Assembly: GCA_945872435.1 (NCBI GenBank)
Contig: CAMBYP010000001.1
Span: 544 to 64,543, forward strand
Source of the DNA: an uncultured Mycoplasmatota bacterium
GTDB taxonomy: Bacteria > Bacillota_I > Bacilli_A > RF39 > UBA660
Length of the DNA: 64,000 nucleotides
Reading direction: 5' to 3'
Positions within the stretch are counted from its first letter, which is position 1. Each line of letters starts with the position of its first letter. Both the position numbers and the translations under genes were made by a program. The notes below the pieces were generated by a model. The model ran no database searches. It worked only from the letters and a program-made list of their open reading frames with translations, and had not been told where the DNA came from. Positions 50,939 through 60,302 of this stretch are shown piece after piece.

Positions 50939-51026
50939 TACAAATTTGTCATATAAATTGTTTTACTTTGTAAAAATTTAGAAACATGGTAAAATAGAAA
51001 TGTATGGATATATGAGGTTATATAAA

Positions 51027-51365
51027 ATGAAAGATAAAAATAGAAGATATATCATATTGGGATTTATATTATTTCTTTTTCTAACTGGTAGTTTAGTAAC
51101 TATTTTTCTTTTTCAAATTCAAAAAGAAAAACAATATATGAATATTTATCATGCAGCATCATTATATGTGATACCATATCGTTCTGATTATTATGCTGGT
51201 CAAGAAATAATGATTTCTATTTATCAATTACAACAAAGTGGTTATTTAAAAAAAGATATGAAAAATCCTAAAACAGGAAAGTTATTTTCTCAAGATGATT
51301 ATGTGAAGTTAAGTATTCTTTCTGATTATACAGTAAATTATGAATTGATAGGAGAGTCAAAATGA
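51027..51365 (+). CDS. small membrane protein, hypothetical
   Basis: GAGG RBS. One TM. Stop overlaps the pgk start (ATGA). Confidence 0.4.
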   Translation: MKDKNRRYIILGFILFLFLTGSLVTIFLFQIQKEKQYMNIYHAASLYVIPYRSDYYAGQEIMISIYQLQQSGYLKKDMKNPKTGKLFSQDDYVKLSILSDYTVNYELIGESK

Positions 51366-52540
51366 AAAAAACAATTAGAGATTATGATTTAAATGGAAAA
51401 AGAGTATTAATTCGTTGTGATTTTAATGTGCCAATGAAAGATGGTGTTATTACAGACGATTATCGAATTGTTTCAAGTTTAAAAACAATTCAGTATGCAA
51501 TTGATCATCATGCAAAAGTCATATTATTATCACATTTAGGAAGAATAAAAGAAGAAAGTGATAAAGTAAAAAATGATTTAGAACCAGTTGCACTTCGTCT
51601 TAGTGAATTATTAAAAAAGAATGTTTTATTTGTGAAAGAAACAAGAGGAGAAATATTAAATACTGTTGTTTCTAAAATGAAAAATGAAGATGTTATTTTA
51701 ATACAAAATACAAGATATGAAGACTTAGATGGAAAAAAAGAAAGTAAAAATGATCCTTCGTTAGGTGCTTATTGGGCGTCATTAGGAGATATTTATATTA
51801 ATGATGCTTTTGGTACAAGTCATCGTGAACATGCGTCTAATGTGGGAATTGCTAGTCATATCCCAAGTGGTATTGGATTTTTAGTAGAAAAAGAACTTGA
51901 AAATATTGAACAAGTAATTGCAAATCCTGAGAGACCATTTACTGTAATTTTAGGAGGAGCTAAAGTAAGTGATAAGATTAAAGTGATTGAAAATTTGGTT
52001 ACAAAAGCTGATTATATTTTAATTGGTGGGGGTATGGCTTATACTTTTTTAAAATCTAAAAACTATGAAATAGGAAAATCATTATTAGATGAAGAATCTA
52101 TTGAATTTTGTAAAAAAATGTTAAGTCAGTATCCTGATAAATTAATATTACCAGTTGATCATTATGTATCCGATTCTATAGAAGGAACAGGTACATTAAA
52201 AAGTTTAGAAGAAACAAGTAACAATGATATGGGATTGGATATTGGTGATAAAACAATTCATTTATTTACAGACTTAATAGAAAAAAGTCATACTGTTATT
52301 TGGAATGGTCCAGTTGGTCTTTTTGAAAATCCATCTTTTCAAAAAGGAACAAAGGCTCTTTGCAAAGCTATGAAAAAAGTAGATGGAAAAACAGTAGTAG
52401 GTGGAGGAGATACAGCTAGTGCTGTTAAAAAATTAGGATATCAAGAAGTATTTACTCATATTTCTACAGGTGGAGGAGCTTCTTTAGAACTTTTAGAAGG
52501 AAAACAATTACCAGGAATTAATTGTATTTCTGATAAATAG
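51362..52540 (+). CDS. pgk: phosphoglycerate kinase
   Basis: RCDFNVP N-terminus and the GGGASLE motif. 392 aa. Confidence 0.9.
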   Translation: MKKTIRDYDLNGKRVLIRCDFNVPMKDGVITDDYRIVSSLKTIQYAIDHHAKVILLSHLGRIKEESDKVKNDLEPVALRLSELLKKNVLFVKETRGEILNTVVSKMKNEDVILIQNTRYEDLDGKKESKNDPSLGAYWASLGDIYINDAFGTSHREHASNVGIASHIPSGIGFLVEKELENIEQVIANPERPFTVILGGAKVSDKIKVIENLVTKADYILIGGGMAYTFLKSKNYEIGKSLLDEESIEFCKKMLSQYPDKLILPVDHYVSDSIEGTGTLKSLEETSNNDMGLDIGDKTIHLFTDLIEKSHTVIWNGPVGLFENPSFQKGTKALCKAMKKVDGKTVVGGGDTASAVKKLGYQEVFTHISTGGGASLELLEGKQLPGINCISDK

Positions 52541-52547
52541 AAAGTAG

Positions 52548-53582
52548 GTGTCACAGAACTTGGATATTAAAAAGAAAAATAAGAATCAGGTTATTAACAT
52601 TATGATATTAGTTGCTGTGACTGGTATTGTATTATATTTTTCATTAAAAGATAATTATCAAATGATTTTGCATGAAATATTTACATTAAATATTTGGTGG
52701 TTACTTTGTGGTATTTTTTTGGTACTGGGATGTTACTATCTTAGAAGTATTTCTCTTTATCATCTAATTCGAAAATTTCATAAACAATATAGTATGAAGA
52801 AAGCTTTTAAACTAACTCTTACTACACAATTTTTAAATGGTGTTACTCCTTTTTCTACAGGTGGACAACCATTTCAAATTTATATTTTGAAAAAAGATGG
52901 TATTCGCTTAGGTGATGGCGCAAATATCATTATGCAAAATTTTATTGTTTATCAAATTGCTTTGGTTCTTTTAGGAATTATTGCGATTACATATAATTTT
53001 ATTTTTCATGTATTTCAAGAATCAGGTCTTTTACGTGATTTAACGACAATTGGTTTTTTAATTAATACATTGGTTACAGTGGGGTTGTTTGTTATTGCAT
53101 TTGCTAAAAAATTTAATCAATTTATTATCAAAAAATTAGTATCTTTGCTATATAAATTGCATATTGTAAAAAATAAAGAAACAACCATGGATAAAATGAG
53201 TGATTCTATTGAAAATTTTCATGATGGTGCAAAACTATTAATGAGTGACCAAAAAAGTTTTGTATATAATATTTTTTTGAATTTTTTATCATTAATTTGT
53301 TTATACTTAGTACCTCTTACTATTGCATATAGTATGGGAGTATTTGATTCTTTTACAGGAATAGAATCCATTGTTTCTAGCGCTTATGTTATGTTAATTG
53401 GAGCATTTGTCCCGATTCCAGGGGGAACAGGTGGTTTAGAATATAGTTATATGGCTTTTTATGGTAATTTCTTAAAAGGCAGTATATTAAATGCAAGTAT
53501 GATTATGTGGAGATTTTTAACTTATTATCTAGGAATGATAATAGGAGCTATTACTTTAAATTTGAAAGAAAGGAAGAAATAA
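52548..53582 (+). CDS. UPF0104/flippase-like (lysylphosphatidylglycerol-synthase TM-region-like) membrane protein
   Basis: GTG start. About 8 TM. This family is usually paired with glycosyltransferases in glycolipid synthesis. Confidence 0.55.
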   Translation: MSQNLDIKKKNKNQVINIMILVAVTGIVLYFSLKDNYQMILHEIFTLNIWWLLCGIFLVLGCYYLRSISLYHLIRKFHKQYSMKKAFKLTLTTQFLNGVTPFSTGGQPFQIYILKKDGIRLGDGANIIMQNFIVYQIALVLLGIIAITYNFIFHVFQESGLLRDLTTIGFLINTLVTVGLFVIAFAKKFNQFIIKKLVSLLYKLHIVKNKETTMDKMSDSIENFHDGAKLLMSDQKSFVYNIFLNFLSLICLYLVPLTIAYSMGVFDSFTGIESIVSSAYVMLIGAFVPIPGGTGGLEYSYMAFYGNFLKGSILNASMIMWRFLTYYLGMIIGAITLNLKERKK

Positions 53583-53583
53583 T

Positions 53584-54825
53584 ATGAGGATTGGAATATT
53601 TACCGATACATATCCACCATATATTAATGGAGTATCTACTAGTATTGTTATGTTACAACATGCGTTAGAAAAATTAGGACATGAAGTATTTGTTGTAACA
53701 GTAAATCCAGAAAATTTAAAATATCAATTTGAAGATGATCATAAAATTATTCGTATTCCTGGTGTTCCCATTGGTATTTATGATTATCGTTTGACTGGAA
53801 TATATCCAATTCGTGCGATAGAAACAATAAAAAAATGGAATTTAGATATTATTCATTCTCATACTGAATTTGGTATTGGTACATTTGCTCGTATTATGGC
53901 AAAACAATTAGATATCCCATTAGTTCATACTTATCATACGATGTATGAAGATTATGTTCATTATATTACGAAAGGATATTTCAAACGTTCTAGTAAAAAA
54001 ATTGTAGAATATTTAACAAAGTTTTACTGTGATAAAACTGCAACAGAATTAATTGTACCAACGAGAAAAACTTATGATTTATTTAAACAAAAGTATAAAT
54101 ATGATAGAAATGTACATATTGTACCAACTGGGATTGAAGTAGAACGTTTTTATGCAGAAAAATTTAAAGAAAAAGATATTCGTTCATTAAGAAAGAAATT
54201 AGGAATTCGAGATAATGAAGATGTAATATTATTTGTAGGAAGACTTGGAGAAGAAAAAAATGTAAATACATTAATTGAAGCACATGTTAGTATTACGAGA
54301 ACGAATCCTAATACCAAGTTATTGATTGTAGGAACAGGACCTGATTTAGATAAATTTAAAGAATTAGCTCGTAAATACGGAGTTAGTAAAGATGTTATAT
54401 TTGCAGGACGAGTTCCATGGGATGAAGTCCCAAAATATTATCAAATTGCTCAAGTATTTGCAACAGCATCAAAAACAGAAACTCAAGGGTTAACAGTTAT
54501 TGAAGCAATGGCAGCTAGTTTACCTGTTGTTGCATATGATGATGATGCATTTAGAGAAGTTGTTGTGGATGGTTTAAATGGACATTTATTTAAAACGAAA
54601 AAAGAATATAAAGATGCCGTAAGAGATATTTTAAATCATCCTGAACTTTATGAGAAAATGTGTAGACAAGCTAGAATTACTGCTGATCAACATTCTTCTA
54701 AATATTTTGCTGAACAAGTATTGAATGTATATAAAACTGCTTTAGGAGGAGATATTCTTCCTAAAAATAGAACATTTCTATCTAAAATGAAAGATGTTGC
54801 TAGAAAGGGATTTTATGGGAAATAA
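53584..54825 (+). CDS. glycosyltransferase family 4 (candidate diacylglycerol glycosyltransferase for glycolipid synthesis)
   Basis: GT-B fold with an EX7E-type motif (ETQGLTVIEAMAASLPVV). RBS AAAGGAAG. Confidence 0.75.
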   Translation: MRIGIFTDTYPPYINGVSTSIVMLQHALEKLGHEVFVVTVNPENLKYQFEDDHKIIRIPGVPIGIYDYRLTGIYPIRAIETIKKWNLDIIHSHTEFGIGTFARIMAKQLDIPLVHTYHTMYEDYVHYITKGYFKRSSKKIVEYLTKFYCDKTATELIVPTRKTYDLFKQKYKYDRNVHIVPTGIEVERFYAEKFKEKDIRSLRKKLGIRDNEDVILFVGRLGEEKNVNTLIEAHVSITRTNPNTKLLIVGTGPDLDKFKELARKYGVSKDVIFAGRVPWDEVPKYYQIAQVFATASKTETQGLTVIEAMAASLPVVAYDDDAFREVVVDGLNGHLFKTKKEYKDAVRDILNHPELYEKMCRQARITADQHSSKYFAEQVLNVYKTALGGDILPKNRTFLSKMKDVARKGFYGK

Positions 54826-55537
54826 AAGAATTTTTGCAAATCAAAAAATGTATATGACAAAAAAAGAAGTGGATGAATTTATCAAAATATTAGGTTCTAT
54901 CCATTCGGAACAACTTGTTATTTGCCCAACGGCTATTTATGTAGAAAAATTTTCACAAAGCAAACTAATACTGGGTATGCAAAATATATTTTATGAAGAT
55001 AGTGGCGCATATACTGGGGAAATTTCTCCTCTTCAAGCAAAAGATTATCATATTCAATATGCGATTGTTGGTCATTCAGAGAGAAGAAATATTTTAAATG
55101 AAAGTAATGACATGTTAAAGAAAAAAATTCAAGCTTGTATTGCTCATAACATTACTCCAATTTTTTGTATTGGTGAAACAAAAGAGCAATATGAAATGCA
55201 TAAAACCAATGAAATATTAAAAAGACAAATAATTGATGTATTTCAAGGTTTAAAAATTCATGATATTTCTAAAATTATGATTGCCTATGAACCAATTTGG
55301 GCAATAGGAACAGGATTCATTCCAACTGAAAAAGAAATTAAAGATACTACTCAATATATTAAAAATATAGTTTGGCAATTGTTTGATGTGTCAATTTCTG
55401 TATTATATGGAGGAAGTGTAAATGAAAAAAATGTTCAGAGTTTGAATCAAATTGATGTAGTTGATGGCTTTTTAGTTGGAGGGGCATCTACAAAACCTAA
55501 AGAGCTATTAAAGATGTATGAAGTCGTTGTATCCTAA
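54815..55537 (+). CDS. tpiA: triosephosphate isomerase
   Basis: Catalytic motifs AIVGHSERR and IAYEPIWAIGTG. Start chosen at the ATG matching the TpiA N-terminus. Confidence 0.85.
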   Translation: MGNKRIFANQKMYMTKKEVDEFIKILGSIHSEQLVICPTAIYVEKFSQSKLILGMQNIFYEDSGAYTGEISPLQAKDYHIQYAIVGHSERRNILNESNDMLKKKIQACIAHNITPIFCIGETKEQYEMHKTNEILKRQIIDVFQGLKIHDISKIMIAYEPIWAIGTGFIPTEKEIKDTTQYIKNIVWQLFDVSISVLYGGSVNEKNVQSLNQIDVVDGFLVGGASTKPKELLKMYEVVVS

Positions 55538-55546
55538 CGACTTTTT
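55520..55546 (+). terminator. intrinsic terminator after tpiA
   Basis: aagtcgttgtatcctaacgactt plus T6. Confidence 0.55.
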
Positions 55547-55554
55547 TCGTTCTT

Positions 55555-55561
55555 TTTCGAC
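55555..55561 (-). promoter_or_regulatory. 0A-box-like heptamer (TGTCGAA on the minus strand) in the spo0A upstream region
   Basis: ttcgaca is the reverse complement of the Spo0A consensus TGTCGAA, about 105 bp upstream of the spo0A start. It is a single heptamer match only. Confidence 0.3.
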
Positions 55562-55667
55562 ATAATGTGACAAAACTAGAATATTCTCGCTCTAGCGTAT
55601 AAAATGTAGTCAGGTGTATAATAAAAACATAAGATAAGCAGTACTAAGAGTAGAAAGAGGGATTATA

Positions 55668-56441
55668 ATGAAAGAAATAAAAATATTAATGATTGATGAT
55701 AATAAAAATTTAGTAAATATGATTGGAGAATATTTTAAAGATCACCAAACAATTCATTTAGTAGATGTTGCATATGATGGAAAAGAAGGATTTGACAAAA
55801 TTAAAGAAAATAAAGATGCATATGATGTGATATTACTTGATTTAATTATGCCAAATAAAGATGGAATGTATGTATTAGAAGAAATGAAAAAGAATGATAT
55901 TCATAAAAATGTGATTGTAGAAACAAGTTACAATGCAAGTGAAACCATTCGTCAAGTATCAGAGTATGGAGTGAATTATTTTTTGTTAAAACCATTTGAT
56001 TTAAAAGATTTAGAAAAAAGAATTATGAACTTTTGTACTGATAAAACATTAGAAAGTAAAAATATTGATTTTTACCATAATAACTTGCAAATATCGATTA
56101 CTAAAATTTTACATGAATTAGGAATTCCATCACATATTAAAGGATATCAATATATTCGTGAAGCAATTGGAATCATTTATGAACATCCTGAAGTAATAGG
56201 TGGTATTACAAAAGAATTATACCCAGAATTAGCTACTAAATTTGATACTACTGTTTCTCGTGTAGAAAGAGCAATTCGTCATGCAATAGAAGTTAGTTGG
56301 AACCGCGCTAATTGGTCATTGATGGAAGAAATTTTTGGTAATAGTGTAGATATTGATAAAGCAAAACCAACCAATAGTGAATTTATTGTAACTGTAGCTG
56401 ATAAACTTAGATTAGAATCAAAAAAGATAGGAATTGCATAA
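55668..56441 (+). CDS. spo0A: sporulation master regulator Spo0A (response regulator)
   Basis: Receiver domain with LLDLIMP. The Spo0A-specific C-terminal DNA-binding domain ([32 protein letters not shown]). RBS AGAGGGA. Confidence 0.9.
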   Translation: MKEIKILMIDDNKNLVNMIGEYFKDHQTIHLVDVAYDGKEGFDKIKENKDAYDVILLDLIMPNKDGMYVLEEMKKNDIHKNVIVETSYNASETIRQVSEYGVNYFLLKPFDLKDLEKRIMNFCTDKTLESKNIDFYHNNLQISITKILHELGIPSHIKGYQYIREAIGIIYEHPEVIGGITKELYPELATKFDTTVSRVERAIRHAIEVSWNRANWSLMEEIFGNSVDIDKAKPTNSEFIVTVADKLRLESKKIGIA

Positions 56442-56455
56442 TTCCTATCTTTTTA
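56424..56455 (+). terminator. intrinsic terminator after spo0A
   Basis: gataggaattgcataattcctatc plus T5. Confidence 0.6.
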
Positions 56456-56498
56456 TTCATTCGCATTTATTTAAAAATTATTTATATTTTTTTTCTTT

Positions 56499-56505
56499 TG
56501 TCGAA
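56499..56505 (+). promoter_or_regulatory. 0A box (TGTCGAA) in the promoter region of the downstream membrane-protein gene
   Basis: Exact TGTCGAA about 20 bp upstream of a TATAAT-like -10 (56524-56529) and about 60 bp from the ATG at 56563. Confidence 0.35.
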
Positions 56506-56562
56506 AAATTGGGGTAATGTATGATATAATGAGTTAGATTATAAAGTATTAGGATGTGAAGT

Positions 56563-57942
56563 ATGAAGAATAAAAGGGTTAGAAATAAAAAAATCTTTTA
56601 TAATGTAGTTATTATTTTTAATATATTATTAATTGTTGGTTTGATTTTATATTATGGTTATCGTCTTGTTTATTTTTATCAATTAGAACATCAAAAACCT
56701 AAAGCAATTAAATACGTACATGAAAAGATAAAGGCTTCAAATGAATTAGTTAGTGAAGGTGATGGCCTTTATTTGGACGATAAAAATCAAGTATTTTATT
56801 TTAAAGGAAAAGTATTAAATAATTATCTATACTATTCTGGAAAAATGTGGAGAGTTATAAAAATAAATCAAGATGGTAGTATGGTTTTAATTTTAAATGA
56901 TGTGATTAGTGCTCTTACTTATGGAAGTAGTAGCAAGTATCAAGATTCGTCATTGCGAGGTTATTTAAATACTATTACAAATCAACCATTCACAGGAATT
57001 TTTGAGCAAACATTGAATGATAAAAATCAATATTTAAAAAAGACAAGTATTTGTATTGATCAAATTTCAAATATTGAAGATATTACTTGTGATAAAAAAG
57101 TAACACTTGATTTTGTAGGTTTATTAAATTTAAGTGATTATCAATTATCAGGAGGAAAGAATGGTTATTTAAATCATCATATTTCTTATTATACAGCAAC
57201 TACTGATAATCATGATCGTTTATATTATGTGCATTCTAAAGGTGGTGTAACACTTACCGATGATTATAAAGAACATAATTATGGAGTAAGACCTACAATT
57301 ACATTAAAGAAAAATATTTCTTATATATCTGGCGATGGTACTGAAACAAATCCATATATTATAGAGCCAAAAGAAGAAAAAACTATGATTTATATTGGAA
57401 ATTATGTATCATATAGCGGATATACTTGGAAAGTAATTTCTAAAGATGATCAAACTTACAAACTAGCAACATCGTCTTTATTAACTGATAAAACAGGACA
57501 GGTCTATATGAGAAATTATGCGACAAAAAATAATTTGTATCAAGTAAAAACTTATGGAAGCTTGGCTTATTATTTAAATACAAATTGGTATCGAACATTG
57601 ATAGATAAAAGTTTAATTGTTGATGGAACTTGGTATACTGGTAATTACCAAATAAATGGTGTTACTGATTATAAAAATATCTATACAGATTCTATTTCTG
57701 CAAAAGTAGGATTATTACATGTTGGAGAATTATATTCTTTAGAACTTCCAAATACTTGGTTAATGACAACAGTAAATGAAGATGATGATATGGTTTATTC
57801 TGTAGATCAAAATGGAAAATATTTTTCTGATATGATTGATAGTGAACATGGAATTAGACCTGCAATTTATATTACAAATCAAATACAAATTGTATCTGGT
57901 ACTGGAGTTTTAAGTGATCCATATGTGATAGGAGGCATGTAA
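56563..57942 (+). CDS. membrane-anchored protein with two tandem ~190 aa repeats, each ending in a G-[VI]-R-P-x-I motif
   Basis: N-terminal TM. The repeats share YSGxxW[RK]VI, YLNT and VGLL..xY motifs, then YGVRPTITLKKN....SGDGTETNPYII and HGIRPAIYITNQ....SGTGVLSDPYVI. Confidence 0.5.
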   Translation: MKNKRVRNKKIFYNVVIIFNILLIVGLILYYGYRLVYFYQLEHQKPKAIKYVHEKIKASNELVSEGDGLYLDDKNQVFYFKGKVLNNYLYYSGKMWRVIKINQDGSMVLILNDVISALTYGSSSKYQDSSLRGYLNTITNQPFTGIFEQTLNDKNQYLKKTSICIDQISNIEDITCDKKVTLDFVGLLNLSDYQLSGGKNGYLNHHISYYTATTDNHDRLYYVHSKGGVTLTDDYKEHNYGVRPTITLKKNISYISGDGTETNPYIIEPKEEKTMIYIGNYVSYSGYTWKVISKDDQTYKLATSSLLTDKTGQVYMRNYATKNNLYQVKTYGSLAYYLNTNWYRTLIDKSLIVDGTWYTGNYQINGVTDYKNIYTDSISAKVGLLHVGELYSLELPNTWLMTTVNEDDDMVYSVDQNGKYFSDMIDSEHGIRPAIYITNQIQIVSGTGVLSDPYVIGGM

Positions 57943-58962
57943 ATGAAAATAAAAAAGAAAAAAAAGACAGCGATTGTGCTTTTGATTTTAGATGTTTGTA
58001 TCATTATTTGTTTCTTTTTAGCATATGGACCTTTTAGTTATTTAAGAGAGTTATATATTACAACTGCTGTGACAACGATGACACATAAATATTTAGCTCG
58101 TACTATTTATACAGAAGATATGATTCAAGATGTATTAGATGGAAATTATGTAAAAGAGTCAGGGGAAAGTACGGATACAAGTGATATTGTCATTGGTGAT
58201 ATTGATGATAGTGGAGAATATGACTCTGTTTATGATGAACAAATTTTAACTAGAGATTCTGAACATCCAGAATACAAATTAATTCCTTTAAAAGGAAGTA
58301 ATTATAAAGGTTATATGGTAGCTATATATGATCCTAGTCGTGTTGAATTAGTTATGACTAATAAGTTAGGAAAAATTGGACAATTTTTACGTGAATTAGT
58401 AGTACAAAATAATGGAATATTAGGTATGAATGCAAGTGGTTTTGTCGATACTAATGAAATGGGAAATGGTGGAGAACCAACGGGAATAGTAATTCAAGAT
58501 GGAAAAGTAATTTGGGATGCTACTAAAACTGGATATTCTGGTGGAATCGCCGGTTTTACCAAAGATAATAAATTATTGTTAACAAAAGGAAGTGCCATGG
58601 ATGCAATTAAAGCAGGAATAGAAGATGCAGTTGAATTTGGTCCATTTTTAATTGTTAATGGAAATGCTGCTGAAATAAAAGGTAATGGTGGATGGGGAAT
58701 AGCCCCTAGAACTGTTTTAGCACAGCGTAAAGATGGAATCGTATTATTTGTAGTAATTGATGGTAGACAGCCAGGATATAGTGTAGGAATTAGTATGGTT
58801 GAACTTACTAAATTATTACAAAGATACAAAGTGCATAATGCAGTAAATCTAGATGGAGGAGCTTCTAGTAGTATTGCAATTGGAAATAAAACAATTACAA
58901 AACCATGTGGATATAGTGCAACAGGTGAAAGAAGAATACCAAATGCTTGGATATTAAAATAA
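57943..58962 (+). CDS. phosphodiester glycosidase family protein (DUF2233-like), membrane-anchored
   Basis: N-terminal TM. The C-terminal domain has GMNASGF and VNLDGGASSS motifs typical of the NAGPA-like phosphodiester glycosidase family. GGAGG RBS. Start overlaps the previous stop. Confidence 0.6.
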   Translation: MKIKKKKKTAIVLLILDVCIIICFFLAYGPFSYLRELYITTAVTTMTHKYLARTIYTEDMIQDVLDGNYVKESGESTDTSDIVIGDIDDSGEYDSVYDEQILTRDSEHPEYKLIPLKGSNYKGYMVAIYDPSRVELVMTNKLGKIGQFLRELVVQNNGILGMNASGFVDTNEMGNGGEPTGIVIQDGKVIWDATKTGYSGGIAGFTKDNKLLLTKGSAMDAIKAGIEDAVEFGPFLIVNGNAAEIKGNGGWGIAPRTVLAQRKDGIVLFVVIDGRQPGYSVGISMVELTKLLQRYKVHNAVNLDGGASSSIAIGNKTITKPCGYSATGERRIPNAWILK

Positions 58963-59118
58963 TAACAACATAATGAAATAAAAAGACTATATTATCTAGT
59001 TTGAAGTTGTAATCAAAAAGAAGCAAAAAAGTATATAACAATATCATGTAAAGAAAAAAATCAACTTTTTAAACGATTGAAATTTGATAAAATGAATCAG
59101 AATAGAAGAGATTTAAAT

Positions 59119-60197
59119 ATGAAAAGTAAAGGATTTACACTAATCGAATTATTAGCTGTTATCGTAATACTAGCCGTAATTGCATTAATTGCAACTCCAC
59201 TGATTATGGGGACAATTACAAAGCCAAAAGAAACGCAATGAAAGATACGGCATATGGAATATTAAAAGCAGGAGAACAATATGCAGGGGAAAAGTTATTG
59301 CTAGCAGAAAATAATTATGCAGGAGAAACAATTGCATTACCAAACCAAGATAAAATTCAATATAAAGGTGGTAACGGGGTAACAGGTGAATTACAAATAT
59401 CAAAAGAAGGAAATCTCGCAATTCAAATTCATAATAATCAATTTTGTGCAATGAAAAATTTTGGAGAAGACGAGGTAACAGTAACAAACTATGATGCAGA
59501 AACATGTAAATTAAATGGATCAAGTGGTGGAGAAAGTAATTTTGGAGGAACAATTGTACCATCCACAGGTGAAGAAAAATACAAAGGAATCGTATACTTA
59601 GATCCAAAAGATTTAACGAAAGAATGTAATGAAGGAAATGCAGTAAGTACAACAGGAACAAAAACAGGATGTATGAAATGGTATATCTATGATGATGAAG
59701 GGGATACATATAAAATGATATTAGATCATAATACAACAGCAAAAGTCGCATGGAATTCATCAAATATAAATACAGAAATGAAAGAAGTAAAAGTGGCATT
59801 AGATACAGATACAGAAGGATGGGTAGGAAGTCCAAGATTAATCACCGCAGATGAGATAGCAAAAATAACAGGAAATACAAGTTTTAATTCAGCATATGCA
59901 ATAATGGCAGGATGGTTCTATTTGGATAGTAATAGTACTGCACAAACAGCTAATTTCAGTAATAAGTCAAAATATGCATGGTTATTTGATAGAACAATTA
60001 ATTGTACAAATTATGGATGTAATATAAATGAAGATAGTACTGTTTATGGGTATTGGACAACTTCATCTGTTTTTAATTCTTCTTCTAGATTATGGTGTGT
60101 CAATTTTAGTGGTGATTTATCAACAATGGATGCTGCTTCTGTACAACCTCGTGGTGTTCGACCAGTGATAACTGTCTTAAAATCTAATTTATCATAA
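59119..60197 (+). pseudogene. type IV pilin-like protein (prepilin-type N-terminal cleavage/methylation domain), frameshifted in a poly-A tract
   Basis: Frame 1 (59119..59241) encodes MKSKG|FTLIELLAVIVILAVIALIA, a class III prepilin signal with G-1, F+1 and E+5. It stops after 40 aa. The globular domain continues in another frame from 59238 (319 aa), ending ...GVRPVITVL. The frame changes at ccaaaag (59224-59230); adding one A would fuse the two. Confidence 0.6.
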
Positions 60198-60229
60198 CAG
60201 ATAGAATTATAAGGCAAAAATAAATAAGA

Positions 60230-60253
60230 AAAAAGACCAATAGGTCTTTTTTT
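60230..60253. terminator. bidirectional intrinsic terminator
   Basis: aaaaagacc aat aggtcttttttt, between the pilin gene and the convergent P-loop gene. Confidence 0.55.
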
Positions 60254-60302
60254 GTAATATCGTGATTGACATACCAATATTTGTCCGTATAAGGAGATAT
60301 TA

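Noticed and set aside
59185-59835. 216 aa minus-strand ORF antisense to the pilin-like gene
   Set aside because: Extreme Leu/His/Tyr low-complexity composition, no start context, and it lies entirely inside a better-supported plus-strand gene. This is a typical antisense artefact in AT-rich DNA.
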